Below are positions 25,894-39,437 of a stretch of 64,000 bases of DNA, in pieces; position 1 is the first letter of the stretch; every line of letters begins with the position of its first letter. Position numbers and translations under genes: made by a program. A model generated the notes under the pieces. That model was not told the origin of the DNA and made no database searches. It worked only from the letters and a program-made list of their open reading frames with translations. The stretch spans positions 68,140,001-68,204,000 of the forward strand of contig NW_024704742.1 in NCBI RefSeq assembly GCF_018977255.1, given 5' to 3'. The stretch comes from Callorhinchus milii. Taxonomy: Eukaryota.

Positions 25894-27450
25894 GACAACA
25901 ACAACAACTTGGATTTATATAGCGCCCTCCACGCCGGATGGCGTCTCAGAGAGCTTTACAGTAACGGATCCCGGGGCTGAGCTGGGGGAGGGGGAGGAAG
26001 GTGACCAAAGGCGCAGTCAAAAAGAAAGGTCTTCAGCCGAGACCTGAAAATAGAAAGAGAGAAGGCAATGGGTACTGTTGTGGGGAGAGAGGAGATCAGA
26101 GAGGTAGAGGGGTGCAGAGGAGTGGAGGGATTTGAAGACAAGGGTGAGGATCTTGAAGTCGATCCTCTCTGGATCAGTCAGCCAGTGCAGTCTGGCAAGG
26201 ACTGGGGTAATCGGGGAGCGGAGTTGGGTGAGGGTGAGAATGCGGGCGGCAGAGTTTTGAATAATCTGGATTTTATGGATGGTAGTTAAGGGGAGACCTG
26301 TGAGGAGGGCATTTGAATAGTCCAGCCGAGAGGTGACAAAGGCATGGACCACGGTTTCAGCGGCTTTTGGAGAGAGGTATTGGCGGAGACGGGCAATGTA
26401 TTGGAAGTGGAAGAAAGCGGTGCTGGTGAGAGACCGGATGTGGGGGAGGAAGGATAATTGGGGGTCGAAACTGACGCCTGGGTTGTGTATGGGTTCGGAG
26501 AGTTTTAGGGGGAGGTCGGGTAGGTGGAGGAGGTGAGAACCGTGAAATTTTAGACATTGACAAGAGCCAAAGAGTATGGCTTCCGTCTTGTCAATGTTCA
26601 GCTGAAGGAAATTCGCGCTCATGCAGCCCCTGAGGTCTGACAAGCAGGCTGACAAAACATCAGGGGACTGGGGGTCGCAAAGTGAGGTGGAAAAATAGAG
26701 TGGGTGTCGTCCGCATACATGTGGAAATGTACCCCATGTCTGCGGATGACATCCCCAAGAGGGAGCATACAGATCAGAAAGAGGAGGGGACCAAGGATGG
26801 ATCCTTGAGGTACCCCACAGGTAACCGGGTAAGAGCGGGAGGAGAAGCCGTTTGAGCAGATGTACTGCTGGCGGTTTATGAGGTAGGACTCAAACCAGGC
26901 GAGTGCGGCCCCACTGAGATGGATGACAGAGGAAAGGCGGTGGAGGAGGATGGTGTGATCGACTGTGTTGAACGCCGTGGAGAGGTCCAGGAGGACAAGG
27001 AGGCAGAGGAAGCCCTGGTCACAGATAGAGAGGATGTCGTTTGTGACTTTCACAAGTGCAGTCTCTGTACTGTGGGCAGAGCGGAAACCGGACTGGAGGG
27101 GTTCGAAGAGGTAGTGGAAGGAGAGGTGAGCGCGGAATTGATTGGCAACAACGTGTTCTGGGACTTTTGTGAGGAAGGGCAGGTTAGAAATAGGGCGGTA
27201 GTGGCTGGGGTTTGAGGGATCTAGGGAAGCTTTTTTGAGGAGTGGGGTGATGACAGGAGTTTTGAGGGAGGTATGGACTGATCCGGAGGGGAGGGATTGG
27301 TTGATGACATCAGCCAGTAGTGGGCAGAGGAGGGGGAGCTGGTGACCAGTACGTTGGTGGGGAGGGGGTCGAGACAGCAGGTGGTGGATTTCATGGAGGT
27401 GATGGTGGGTGAGAGGGAGGAGGGAGAGACGGGGAGGAGGTGTGATGACA
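25894..27450 (-). mobile_element. L2 LINE with frameshifted RT (ORFs 26619-27533 and 26017-26655)
   Basis: [43 protein letters not shown] and LHWL motifs, plus a CAA tail. Confidence 0.95.
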
Positions 27451-28035
27451 GCAGTTGTGGAGTAAGGAAACTTGCCTAAGGTTTTGCCCCACCTGGGAAT
27501 ATGATTTGTATATAAATTGTATTGTATGAGCATGGAAGAGTGGATGAACCAAATGGTGTGTTTCTGTTCTGTAATATTATATGATTCTATAAATTGTTCA
27601 TTGGTGATTTGTTATTGGCATATACAGAGAGAAAGCACTCTTGTACAAATCAAAGCAGCTAGATGATATCTCATTGACTGCACAGTCTATGTGCCATCCA
27701 TTATTAGCTTTCTTATTAATAAATAAATGATATAAAGCTTCAGTGCTACTGTAAAGCACACTCTCTACTCTTACATTTATGCTGTAATAAAACATAGATG
27801 GACAGAACCTGAGAGGTGCCCTACAGGAAAATATATTAGCAACCTTGTTTGAAATATATCTCTGTCGGACAAACTCCTCTGACATTGTTAAATATTTTCA
27901 ATTGTCCTTTGATGATTTGGGTTGAAATAATATTTTTTATCATAGCAATGTTCACTGTGTGTTCATCAAATGCTTTGAAAGGTATTTGAAGACTATGATT
28001 AGAGTTGTTCAGCAAAGTGGGCATGAAAATAAGTA

Positions 28036-28590
28036 CTGTAAAACTCACATAAGTCATATCAGTCAGAACCATAATATTTAATATAACTTACGCGTAGTCT
28101 GAGTTTCAGCAAACTTGTATAAATCACATAAAATCTGATTTAATCAATAACCTACATTGAGCATATGTAATGCAGTGCAACTGGTAGATGAGCATGATGT
28201 AGTTCATGACTGCAGCTGATAAGTGCGCGTGAGGTGACGGGTCAAGACTGTGTTTCCCACGATTCAATGCATCTTGACCCGTCACCGCAATCACGCTAAC
28301 CGGCAAACATTGGAATCGCATTGATCGCGGGAAATGAAGTTGTTCTGTGCATGCCGTGACGGGTCACGTCAGGACATGATTCAATGATTCATCAGGACAT
28401 GATTCAATGCAGCCAGTAAGTGCAGGAGTAATGGAAGGTAGGGGGCAGCATTACGAGTCAGGAGGTGATTAGTACGACTTGTGCAAATAAATCTAAGTGG
28501 TTTTGATAAGAAACTGAATGGGACTTGGGTGAATCTACGGCTTAAGCAATTATACGATTTATAAAGATAAAACTTATGTGAGTTTCACTG
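28036..28590. mobile_element. Tc1/mariner (Tigger/pogo-like) non-autonomous element
   Basis: TA-CTGTAAAACTCACATAAGT ... ACTTATGTGAGTTTCACTG-TA: 19-bp TIRs with 2 mismatches, flanked by TA. Confidence 0.7.
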
Positions 28591-31500
28591 TAATATCTAA
28601 GTTTTAAATCACTAAGCTGAAGGAGTGATTCTTCACTCAGTTCAATATTAAGCTGTGCCGGCAATTACAAGTTATCTCGCAAACTCGTTCAATTTCCTCT
28701 CGATGGAGGGTGATTAACCAGTGGCAGGAAAGAATTTCCATGCAGCCAAAACTGCCTCCACAAGGGACAGCAGCTGCATTGCTTAATTGGAGAGGAAAGA
28801 TCTTGTCTTTGAGTAAGATCCTGAGTGCCATCTCAGGTGGACATTAAAGAACCCAATGATTTGAACTGATTTGAATCCAAACTCTTTGCAATCTTAAGCA
28901 CCTTTCTCAAGTCATCCTCCTCCCCCAGTCCTCTCAGTTCAAGAGAGAAAAGTTCCAAGGTAGCCAACCCATTCCTCTTGTGACCAAATAATTCCTTAAA
29001 AAATGTATTTTAAAAATGTGGTCATTCCATCCACAACTGTTTGTGGGACACTGCTGTGTACAATTGGCTGCCACTTTTCGCCCACAAAATATACCGTCAA
29101 TCCACTTTACAGTATATTCTGTGAAGCACTTTGAGAAGTCTCAATGATGTGATCAGGTGCTATATCAAATGCAAGGATTATTAAAGTGGCGCAGTTTGAT
29201 TAGATGACTAAGAGTAAATTAGAGAGAAGTAAATCGAGATATTGATGTGCATTGAGGGAATGGGAAACCTCTGAACCTTGGGTGATGCAACACTGGAGCC
29301 TAAATTGGTGTTTCTTAATGAGATTCCTCCCAACGTGAAAGGCGCTATACAAATGTAATTTTCTTGTTGTTGATGTGTCAGAGTGGAGCTGATGGGCTTG
29401 GTGAGCATTTGCTTTATTGCAAGGGTGGGCTTCAGGCTCCTGGTGCTGAGACACCTTGTTGTGTTATATTCAAAACCTTAACAGGTAGGGTGGTTTTAGC
29501 TGGACCAGCAGTGGGAAAGCTTATCAGACAGTGCTAGCAATGGCAAGTTATGCAGTTTTAGCTGGTTAGACTCCCTCCAGCAGTTACCCCAACACACACT
29601 CTAGGGTCCCCAAGCCTTGGCTCTTGCCAACCTGTGCATAATATTTCTGGAATTAGTTAAGCAGGATGCATCCCTCCAGGGAGAGAGTGCGCATTCCATT
29701 CCAATAATCTATCTCTGGGATTTCCATGTGTAGGTGGGATGCATGGAAATCTCAGCTTAGTTTAGATACTCCTAAGCATGGTGATGGGTTTCCACATGTG
29801 TCAGACACTCGGTTGACCACCTCCCAAAAAAGTAATATTCATATCCACAGCTCGGCAGGAAATTAACAATGTCATCACAATGTTGAAGAAAATTGAAATA
29901 GCAGATGTTGCAAAACAAAGTGAAGTCACGGTAATTTTTCCTGTTTGTTTGTCTTGAATGAAATTATTTCTGAACTGTTTTCCCGGGAGTTACTGCGTCG
30001 CCAGGAATTGGCATCCGATTTAGAGCTAAGTGGTGTTACTGTCACATTGTGTTCTATGTTATTTTTTGAGCTGCCAATTCTGAGGCGACATGCAAAGGGC
30101 TTCTGATTGCCCACTGCAGATTTTGAGCAGTGTTGATATGTGGAGTCCTGCAGTTAATTGGTTAGAGCATTCTCCTCGCAAGCGAGAGGACCTGGGTTCA
30201 CTTCCTGGCAAAGGCGAAACCTCTAGGCAACTTTCCTTACTTCACATGCCTCTGTTTACCTAGCAGTAAGTAGGAACTCGGTTGTTAGTCGATTGGCTGA
30301 TTGCTTTTCTGGGAGTAATAATTCCTTAAAAAAAAATAACAATTTAGTCACTCAATCCATGACTGTTTGTAGGACACTGTTGTCTGCAATTGGTGATGCG
30401 TTTCGTCCACAAAATATACAGTCAAATTACTTAACTGTATATTCTGTGAAGCGCTTTGAGATGTCTCAAAGACGTGATAAGACGTTATATCAAATGCAAG
30501 GATTATTATTTTTATTTGTATGGCTTTGACAGGTGTGCTGAGGTCAAGTGATCCATCGCTCATCACCATCAGATAATAGACATCTCCCAGTGAGTAACAA
30601 AGTAGTTCCCACAACACAAACAATTGTGAAAAATTCTTAAACTCCATCTTCATTTCCACAGTTCTTGAAAAAAACACATTGGGGGTCAATTTAATAATCA
30701 TCCTTGTGTTTGAGGCTAGGTCAAAATGTTTCAAATGGTCTTCACAGTTAATCGCTGTTAAGTATAGTGACTTTGTATTTGTAGTAAATCTAGCCAATCT
30801 TGTGTGGAAACCTCCAGGGGGGATATTCACAAAATTGGTTTGAATGAAGAAGGCCTTTGGCTCATCTGATCTCATCCTTCCAGAATTCCCACCCCATTGT
30901 CCTCCCATCAAAGCTTAAGCTGTTTCTTATAAAAGTCCACCATCCTGGGTTCAACCACCCTTCCTGGCAACCCTTTTCCATTCATCAATTACCCTTTGGG
31001 CAAGTTTCCTTACTCCACATGCCTTTGTTTACCTAGCAGTAGGTCGGGGTTGTTAGTCGATTGGTGGATCGCTTTCCGGGGGTAATCCACAACTGGGTGG
31101 GACACTGCCTTGCACAATAGGCTACCGCGTTTCACTCACAAAATATGCAGTTAATTCACTTTGCAGTATACTCTTTCAGACGTCTCAATGACTTGATAGG
31201 GTACTACACCAAATGCAAAGATTATTATTGTTCTGTATTTTTGGGAAAATTTAGATTAGAGCCGACATTGAGTCTACCAGCTAGAAAAGGGCTTGTTGTG
31301 GTCTTTAATGGTGGATAGCTGAAAAGGGCAGTGCTGGAAAGGAGCACTTCTGGATTATAGTGTCTGATTATGTGAATTAATAAAAATAATAATAATCCTT
31401 GCATTTGATATGGCGCTTTCACGTCTTCTAGACGTCTCAAAGCGCTTCACAGAATGTGCTGTAAAGTGAATTGACTGTATATTTGTGGGCGAATTACATG

Positions 31501-34500
31501 CATGATAGATGTTTTGAATTGTAACACTGAGCATTAAGGAGGAGGTATAAACCTTTGTGTAGCTTTACACCAAAGCTTGCATTGGACCTGAATGGATGAG
31601 TAATAACTGTGTGCTTGCACCTACAGGCTCACGTTGCAGTTAAACTGAGGCAATGCAATTACCTTGTCAGGAGCGTCTGGAAGAGAAAATTGGAAAATTG
31701 GGCCTTACATTACATCAATTTTGTTTCTTGTGGTGTTTAAGTACAGAGGAAGCCCGGACCCCAGCATGAAAGTGCATTTCATCAGTTCTGCTTCAAAAAA
31801 CAATGCTCAGATCACAACACAAATAGTAAATAATAATAATCCTTTCATTTGATATAGGGTTTTTCATGTCTACTCGATGTTACAAAGCGCTTCACAGAAT
31901 ATACTGTAAAGTGAATTGACTGTATATTTGTGGGTGAAACTGTCAGCCAATTGCCCACAAACAGTCGTGGATTGAAGTGACCAATTTATTATTTTTTTTT
32001 GTTTTGGAGGGATTATTATTAGGCGTGTGGAGTAAGGAAACTTGCCCCAGGTTTCACCCTGCCAGGAATCAAATCCAGGTCTCTCGCTTGCCAGGCAAGT
32101 GCTCTAACCACTGAGCTACAGGATTCCATAATAAATAATAATCCTTGCATATTGTGGAGTCCTGTAGCGTATTGGTTAGAGCCCTCACCTAGTAAGCGAG
32201 TGGACTTGGGTTCGATTCCTGGGCAGGGCAAAACCCCAGGCAAGTTTCCTTACTCCACATCCTTGTTTTACTCAGCAGTAAGTAGGAACCCGGTTCTTAG
32301 TCGATTGGGGGATCACTTTCTGAGGGTAATAATCCCTTCAAAAAAAATAATAATTTGGTCACTCAATCCACAACTGTTTGTGGGACACTGCTGTGTGCAA
32401 TTGGTTGCTGTGTTTTGCTTCACAAAATACAGTCAATTCACTTTACAGTATATTCTGCAAAGTGCTTTGCGACTCATTCTACCTACTGAGCCAAGTTGAT
32501 ACCTACCACTTACAGTGCATATTGTCAGTGAGTATCACATTGCCAACTATTGAAACTTTATATTGGTGTGGTTGTAAGAATTTGAGAAAATGGTTTTCCT
32601 TGACATGTTGTCTCCCAATCTGAGTGAGTTGAGAGAAGATGAGAAAGGCGTCTAAGAAGATTTATTTTTTGTCAGCCGGTGTCTGACACATTCTAAATCC
32701 TATCACCATGAACAAGAGTATCCAAACCAAACTGAGGGTCCCATATATACATACATATATACATCACCTACATGTGGAATTTTCCCTGCATCTGGAATGG
32801 GATTTACATTCTCTTTCTGGAGGAATGCATCCTACTTACCTAATTCTGGAGAGTTTTAGTTGGCAGGAGCCAAGACTTGATGACTGCAAAGTGTGTGTTG
32901 GGATATTCCTAGAATTTAAACAGCTAAAACCTCATAGATTACCATTGAAAGCAATTTCTGGCAAGCTTCCCACTGATTGTGACGTGTTTACCTCAGCAGG
33001 TCCTGCCATAACACTCACCTCTGATTCACAAGGTTGTGGGTTCAAGCCTTACATTGGGGCTTGAGCTCACAGTCATGTTTACATTCCAGTTTAGTGCTGG
33101 GAGAGCGCTACATCCTTTAGATGAGAAGTTAAATCACGGTCCTGTCTGTCTGTTCAGGTGGACATTAAAGATCCAGTGGCACTTTGGAAAAGAGAAGGAA
33201 GTTTCCTCTGGTGTCTTGGCCAACAGTTCTGCAGATAGAATTGATCATTCACTTCATTGCTGTTTGTGGAATGGTTCAGCCATGTTATACTACAATAGCC
33301 TCAAGAAAGCCCTTAGAATCATTTGAATAGTACAGGTTGAAAACAGGCCTATCAGTCTAGCCATTCAGCGCATGTGTCTTTCTCCATATGAACCAATCTA
33401 TTCCCACTCTCCTGCGTGCTCCCCGTTACCCTTAAATATTCCTCCTCCTCCAGCATAAATCCCATCCGCTTTTTAAAGGAATTTATCTCAGTCCACGACT
33501 GAGATAAATTTCTTTAAAAAGTGATACTATTGTGCACAATTGGCTGCCCATTTCGCCCAAAATACAGTCAATCCACTTTACAGTATATTCTGTAAAGCGC
33601 TTTGAGACGTCTCAACCACATGATAAAGCACTATATCAAATGCAAGGATTATTATTATTATTATAAATGCAAGGATTGTTCTTATTATTTTGACTGTGCC
33701 TCAGCAGTGGTTTGTGGCAGAGAACCCTATATTCCAACCCCACTTACAAACAAACAAATGTGTTCTAACCTCCATTTTAGTTCCTTTTGCATACATCTCA
33801 TTTGTGCCCTTTAATTATTCTATGCGTTGTTTCGTTGTGAAGTTGTTTAAATCGGGAATTAAGACTGCAAATTAAAAGATAAGAATACACCTACGACTTA
33901 TAATCAGGTTGATGCAACATATAGACTAACACAAAGATGCCTTCATATCCATCCCATTCCCTGTACAGGCAAGCAACCAAAATAGGGGATTGCATTTAAT
34001 AATTATCATTTGGATAATTGAAGCTCTTCCAATGAACGGCTCAACAATTTGTTATATTGGGAACAGTACTCTCTTTGTTTGGCAGAGATGCAGGAGTAAC
34101 ATCCTGGCTAGGTGTTTCAGTCTGGCTCATTTGGTATCACTCTTGCCTCTGACACAAAAGTTGTGGATTCAAGCCCCACGATGAGACTCAGAACTCATAT
34201 AGTCTAGGCTCACATGCCAGTGCAGTTCTGTGGGTGTGCTACATTGTCAGTGGTGCTGTGCTTCAGACGAGATGTTAAACCGAGGTCCTGTCTGCCTGTT
34301 TAGGTGGACATTAAAATCCCATTGGGATCAGGATGGGTGGGTGGCAGGGAAGGTAGGGGTTGGAGGGTGACCGAAGATGTGGTCAAATGGAGGATCTTGA
34401 GACGTTCCTTGAAGGAGGCAAGGGAGGGAGCAAAGTGAAGGGATTGTGGAATGGAGTTCCAAAGAGTGGGGGCAGAGAGGCTGAAGGCCTGAGCATCAAA

Positions 34501-36370
34501 CTTGAAATGACACAGCTCAGAGTGGACATCATAGAGGGGTGTAAGATTTTAAACAAGTATACTCCAAACAATACTTTTTAACATGCCGAGACAGCAGAAC
34601 AAGAGGACACAATATTTAGGGTAGCAAAGGGCAACTTTAAGACAGATACCAGGAAACCTTTGCCCAGTGGGTAATCAACAAGTGGAACAGGTCACCAGGT
34701 GGAGTGGTTGAGACCAGGACACTGGGAAGATTGTAATATGGATATTTCTGGAAGTATGAGGTCAAATGAACAAAAGGGTCTTCTTTATCCAAACCTTGCT
34801 TGTGATCTTGTTCGGCACTCCAAGAACCTAACCTGTTTGAAGGACATTATATAAATGCAAGTAGTTGTTGTTTTGGAATGTTCTACTGGAGGGAAGGGAC
34901 ATCCACTATCTGGCTTGTTAATTTTCTAAATTATTTTAAATGTTGATGTTTTCGGTGTTTTCTAAATCCTACCCTAAGAATGTAGACAAACAACACTTTA
35001 AAAGCAATAAATAGCTACATGCATAATGGAAATGAATGGACGTTCTCCATGGAGAGGTGCCTCAACTGAAGGAGATGGTGATCATCGTCTCATTAGCTTT
35101 ACACACCTGATGTTGTAACAGCATTGCTGCTGACTGTCTTGTCATTTGCCATTTCCTTTGCCTTCTCTGTGTAGCACAGAAATTCCTCATCTCTTATTCA
35201 TCAAACTGGCGTTTGTGTAACATATTCTTCAACACATTTTTTCCATGTCAAAGTAAATCGAGAAGAAAAGTCTGCTTTGTGCATCATGCCGTTACCCAGG
35301 GAAAAGGGAACCTCTGCTCTGTTCTTCTGCTTCCATGGTGTGTCTGAAAATATAATAAAAAAAATTATAACACGATGTTTGGGATCTGTAAAATCCCAAC
35401 CCCAACCTGCTATAATAAGCCACGATAGCTAGGTTCCCACGCTTAAAAAAAAGACCAACTTCTGGGTCAACAGGTCACTCCAATGTCATTTCCTGTTTCC
35501 TGCGCATGTGCAAAGCAGGAAGTGATATCATTGGTAACATGATGACATGGAATTCTGACTTTTTTTGGCAGCTAACATGGCTGAATTCCAGGTCATCAAG
35601 TCTCCTGCGGCATCACTTCCTGCTTTGCCTGCCCACTTGTTACTGATTTGCCAACCAGAGGAAATAATTTCTTCCAATTGATTGGGTGTCACCTTGACTT
35701 AGTTGTGAGTCAAACTCTTCAAGGTCATCATTCAAGTTGATGTTCCAGTGAGATATTAGATCTATATTAGACCGAGTCCCTGTCTGCTGCTCTGGTGCAC
35801 GTAAAAGTTCCCCTGGCCCTATTTGAAATGAAAAGGGACTTCTCCTGGTATCCTGGCCAAAAACCCTGCAGCTAAATTAGCTGCTTAAGGGGAATTGGCA
35901 ATTACTTGGGAAACACTTTGAGGTGTTATAGGCATTATATTAAATGCCGAGATTATTATTCATCGAAAAATGCTTTAAATTCTGAGGTAATGCATGCTTA
36001 ATGTCGTGCTCTGCCACTGTCGAGTGCTCTGTGGCGCTGCCCTGTGTGAGGGGTGCTTTATCAAAATGCAAGATAATAATAATAATCCTTGCATTTGATA
36101 TAGCACTTTTCACGTCTTCTAGACGTCCCAAAGCGCTTCACAGAATATACTGTAAAGTGAATTAACTGTATATTTGCGGGCGAACGCGGCAGCCAATTGA
36201 GCACAGCAATGTCCCACAAACAGTCATGGATTGAAAATGACCAATTTTATTATTGTTTTGTTTTTTGGAGGGATTATTATTAGGTGTGTGGAGTAAGGAA
36301 ACTTGCCCAAGGTTTCGCCCTCTGTCTGGAATTGAACTGAGGTCTCTCACTTGCAAAGCGAGTGCTCTAA

Positions 36371-37882
36371 CCTCTCCCACCTTCATCTCCGATATTTCAA
36401 CACTTCTTACATCTCTCTGCCTCTGCTCTGATCGCCTCATCATCCTGGGCCACTTCAACCTGCACTTCACCCCCTCCTGCTCCATCTCCTCTGACTTCTC
36501 TTCCCTGCTCTCCTCGCTCAACCTTTCCCTCCACATCAACTCCCCCACTCACAGTCACGGCCACCCACTCGACTTGGTGATCACCCGGGGCCTCAGTGTC
36601 TTGGACGTCACTATAACCGACAAGGCCGTCTCCGACCACCACTTCATCTCCTTCACCACCTCCACCCCCCTCCCCACCTCCACCAGACCCACCACCATCT
36701 TCTACCGCCCCTGGAAGAAGTTAACCCCACAATCCCTAACCGCTGCCTTGGAGTCCTCTGAACTCCTCTCCCTCTGGCCTTCAACCCTCACTGACCCCTC
36801 TTCTCCTCTCACCCTCCTCCACAACACCCTCTCCTCCACACTCGATACTCTTGCCCCCATCACCTCCCGTACTGTCTCCTACTCTCGCTCCTCCCCCTGG
36901 TTCACCACCCACCTCCGCTCACTGAAGAGCCAGGTGCGGGCCGCTGAATGCACCTGCGTCAAATCTGGCCTAACGGTCCACCAACAAATCTGACTGGACC
37001 TCCTCAAAATCTACCGCTCCACTCTAGCCTCGGCCAAGTCGTCCTTCTACTCCAGGATAATCCTGGAGGCGAAGAATAACCCCAGGCTACTGTCTTCTAC
37101 CACATCCCGACTCCTCCGTCCCCCCCGCACCCCGCGCAGGTCATCTCCTCCAACTTTCACTGCGAGGAGATGCTGGATTTCCTTGAATCCCAAATCAAGG
37201 GAATTCACTCAACGGTCACTTCCCCTCCAACATCCACCCACCTCCCCACCCCCTCCCTCCCACACTCCGACTCCTACCCATCCTCCCCTACACACTTTCG
37301 TACCCGTTTCTTCACCCTCTATCACCAAACTCATCCTATCCCTGAAACCCACCACCTGCTCCCTTGACCCCATCCCAGCTCCACCTCCTTGCCCCACATA
37401 TCACAGACATCGTCAACCTGTCCCTCTCCTCTGGCTCTGTTCCCATTCCCTTAAAAACTGCCACCATCACTCCCACCTTGAAAAAACCCTCCCTTGATGC
37501 GTTGCAGCTATCAAGCTACCGGCCCATCTCCAACCTCTGGACTATGGGCACTCTCTCCTCGCTGGCCTTCCCGGCACCTCCCTCCACAAGCTGCAGGTCA
37601 TTCAGAACTCTGCAGCTCGTGTACTGTCCCGCACCAGACTTCGAGACCACATCACTCCCACCCTCGCTCACCTCCACTGGCTCCCCATCCCCCAGAGGAT
37701 CGAATTCAATATCCTCATCCTCACCTACAAGGCCATTCACGGCCTTGCTCCCTCCTACCTCTCCGACCTACTATCCCTCTACTTACCTGCCCGTACCCTC
37801 CGTTCCTCTGGCTCCGGTCTGCTCCACATTGTTGTTGTTGTTGTTGTTGTTGTAACCACTGAGACCACTGTTGTTGTTGTTG
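36371..37882 (+). mobile_element. L2 LINE (partial endonuclease, linker, internally deleted RT) inside a SINE head
   Basis: LIILGHFNLH, SPTHSHGHPLDLV and SDHHFI endonuclease motifs. RPISNL is joined directly to the LDYG region. (GTT)n tail, TSD TAACC. Confidence 0.95.
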
Positions 37883-38559
37883 TAACCACTGAGCTACAGG
37901 ACTCCACAAAGTTGCTGTTGTTGTTAAGAAAAATCTAATGCACTTTGAGATTTTCTCCTGAGGTGCTATATAAATGTAAACCGTAAATTATATTAGATTA
38001 TAAATCCTGAAGTGGAGACTTTGTGTGATTTGATTTATTTGGAACCAGCAGCAAGCTGCAGTATTTTAGGCAGGGCACTCAGCATGACCTTTTTGGTGCC
38101 TTTTGTCACATATTGTACAGTGCAGCAGAAAGCTGACTCCTTGATTTAATAACATTGTCACGTCAGAGCTTTGCTGTCAGCTCTGAATCACCAGCCGCTG
38201 GGAGCATATGAGAACTGCGGACTGAGACCATACATTAAATTTCAACTCCCAGCCCCAGTCTCCGATATGAAAATAGAAGCTGGACTACATTACCAAGTCA
38301 GTTCCTCATACTCAAGATATATAATAATAATCCTTGCATTTGATATAAAGTCTTACTACGTCTTCAAGACGTTTCAAAGCGCTTCACAGAATAGACTGGA
38401 AAGTAAATTGGATGTATTTCAATTTGTGGGTGAAACGCGGCAGCCAATTGTGCAGAGCAGTGTCCCACAAACAGTCGTGGATTGAGTGACCAAATTATTA
38501 TTTAAATTTATTTTTCAAGGGATTATTAACCCCAGAAAAGCAATCTGACCATCAACCAA

Positions 38560-38980
38560 CAACCAAGAGAGGGGGTAAGGGGGAGGGATTGAGGGAGAGT
38601 GTTCCAGAATTTCAGGACAATGTGGCTGAAAGCAAGACTTCTGATGGTGGGGCGGAGGGTGCGAGGGACGAGCAGGAGGCGGCGGGTGGTGGATTGGGGA
38701 GTGAGGAGGTTGGAGAGGTAAGGAGGTGCCAGGGAGTAAATGGATTTGAACATGAGAGTGAGGATCTTGAAGTCGATTCGTTCAGTGATGGGGAGCCAGT
38801 GGATCCTGGCCAGAACTGGGAGATGGGGGTATGGCGTTTGTCCGGGTCAGTATGCGGGCGGCAGAGTTCTGAATGAGCTGGATCTTTTGAATAGTGGAGC
38901 TGGGGAGACCAGCGAGGAGTGCGTTTGGGTAATCCAAGCGGGAGGTGACAAACGTATGCGCAAGGGTTTCGGCTGCATAC
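38560..38980 (-). mobile_element. L2 fragment
   Basis: [24 protein letters not shown]...IQNSAARIL. Confidence 0.85.
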
Positions 38981-38984
38981 AGGA

Positions 38985-39430
38985 CTACATCGTGCTCTGG
39001 GCAGCCCACAATTAGATACTGCATGCTATTCTATCCTTGCAACATAAGGAGGCTGTCCAGGCCTTAAAGGCAGTGCAGAGTTCGAGGATGATCCACATTG
39101 TCTGAGGACTGAGTGATGAGTAATAATTAAACAAACTAGGGCTTTTCAGTCTTGCAAGGAAACACCTCAGAGTGGATCTTAAAGAGGCATATAAGATATT
39201 AAATAGAATTGAGGATATAAACCCAGATCAATACTTTTGGATGCAGAACAAGAGGACACGGGTTGAGAGTTGCAAAGGACAAATTCAAGACAGACACCAG
39301 GAAGCTTTTCTTTGCCCAGAGCTAATTAATGACTGGAACAGATTGCCAGGAAAAACTGATTGAGGCCAGGAAGCTGGGACTCATTAAAAAAACAGCCTGT
39401 TGCTGTGATGGTAAGGCAGTAGAGTGGGTG
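38985..39430 (+). mobile_element. Degenerate CR1 fragment (others ~18450-19090(-), 34490-34810(+))
   Basis: DLKEAYKIL...INDWNRLP residues typical of the CR1 ORF2 C-terminus. Confidence 0.7.
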
Positions 39431-39437
39431 TTCTGGA

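Noticed and set aside
30348..30911. 187-aa ORF
   Set aside because: Runs across SINE and CR1-like remnants, with no recognisable domain.
36253..36993. 246-aa ORF that looks like a novel fusion protein
   Set aside because: Chance read-through from an antisense SINE into an L2 endonuclease fragment.
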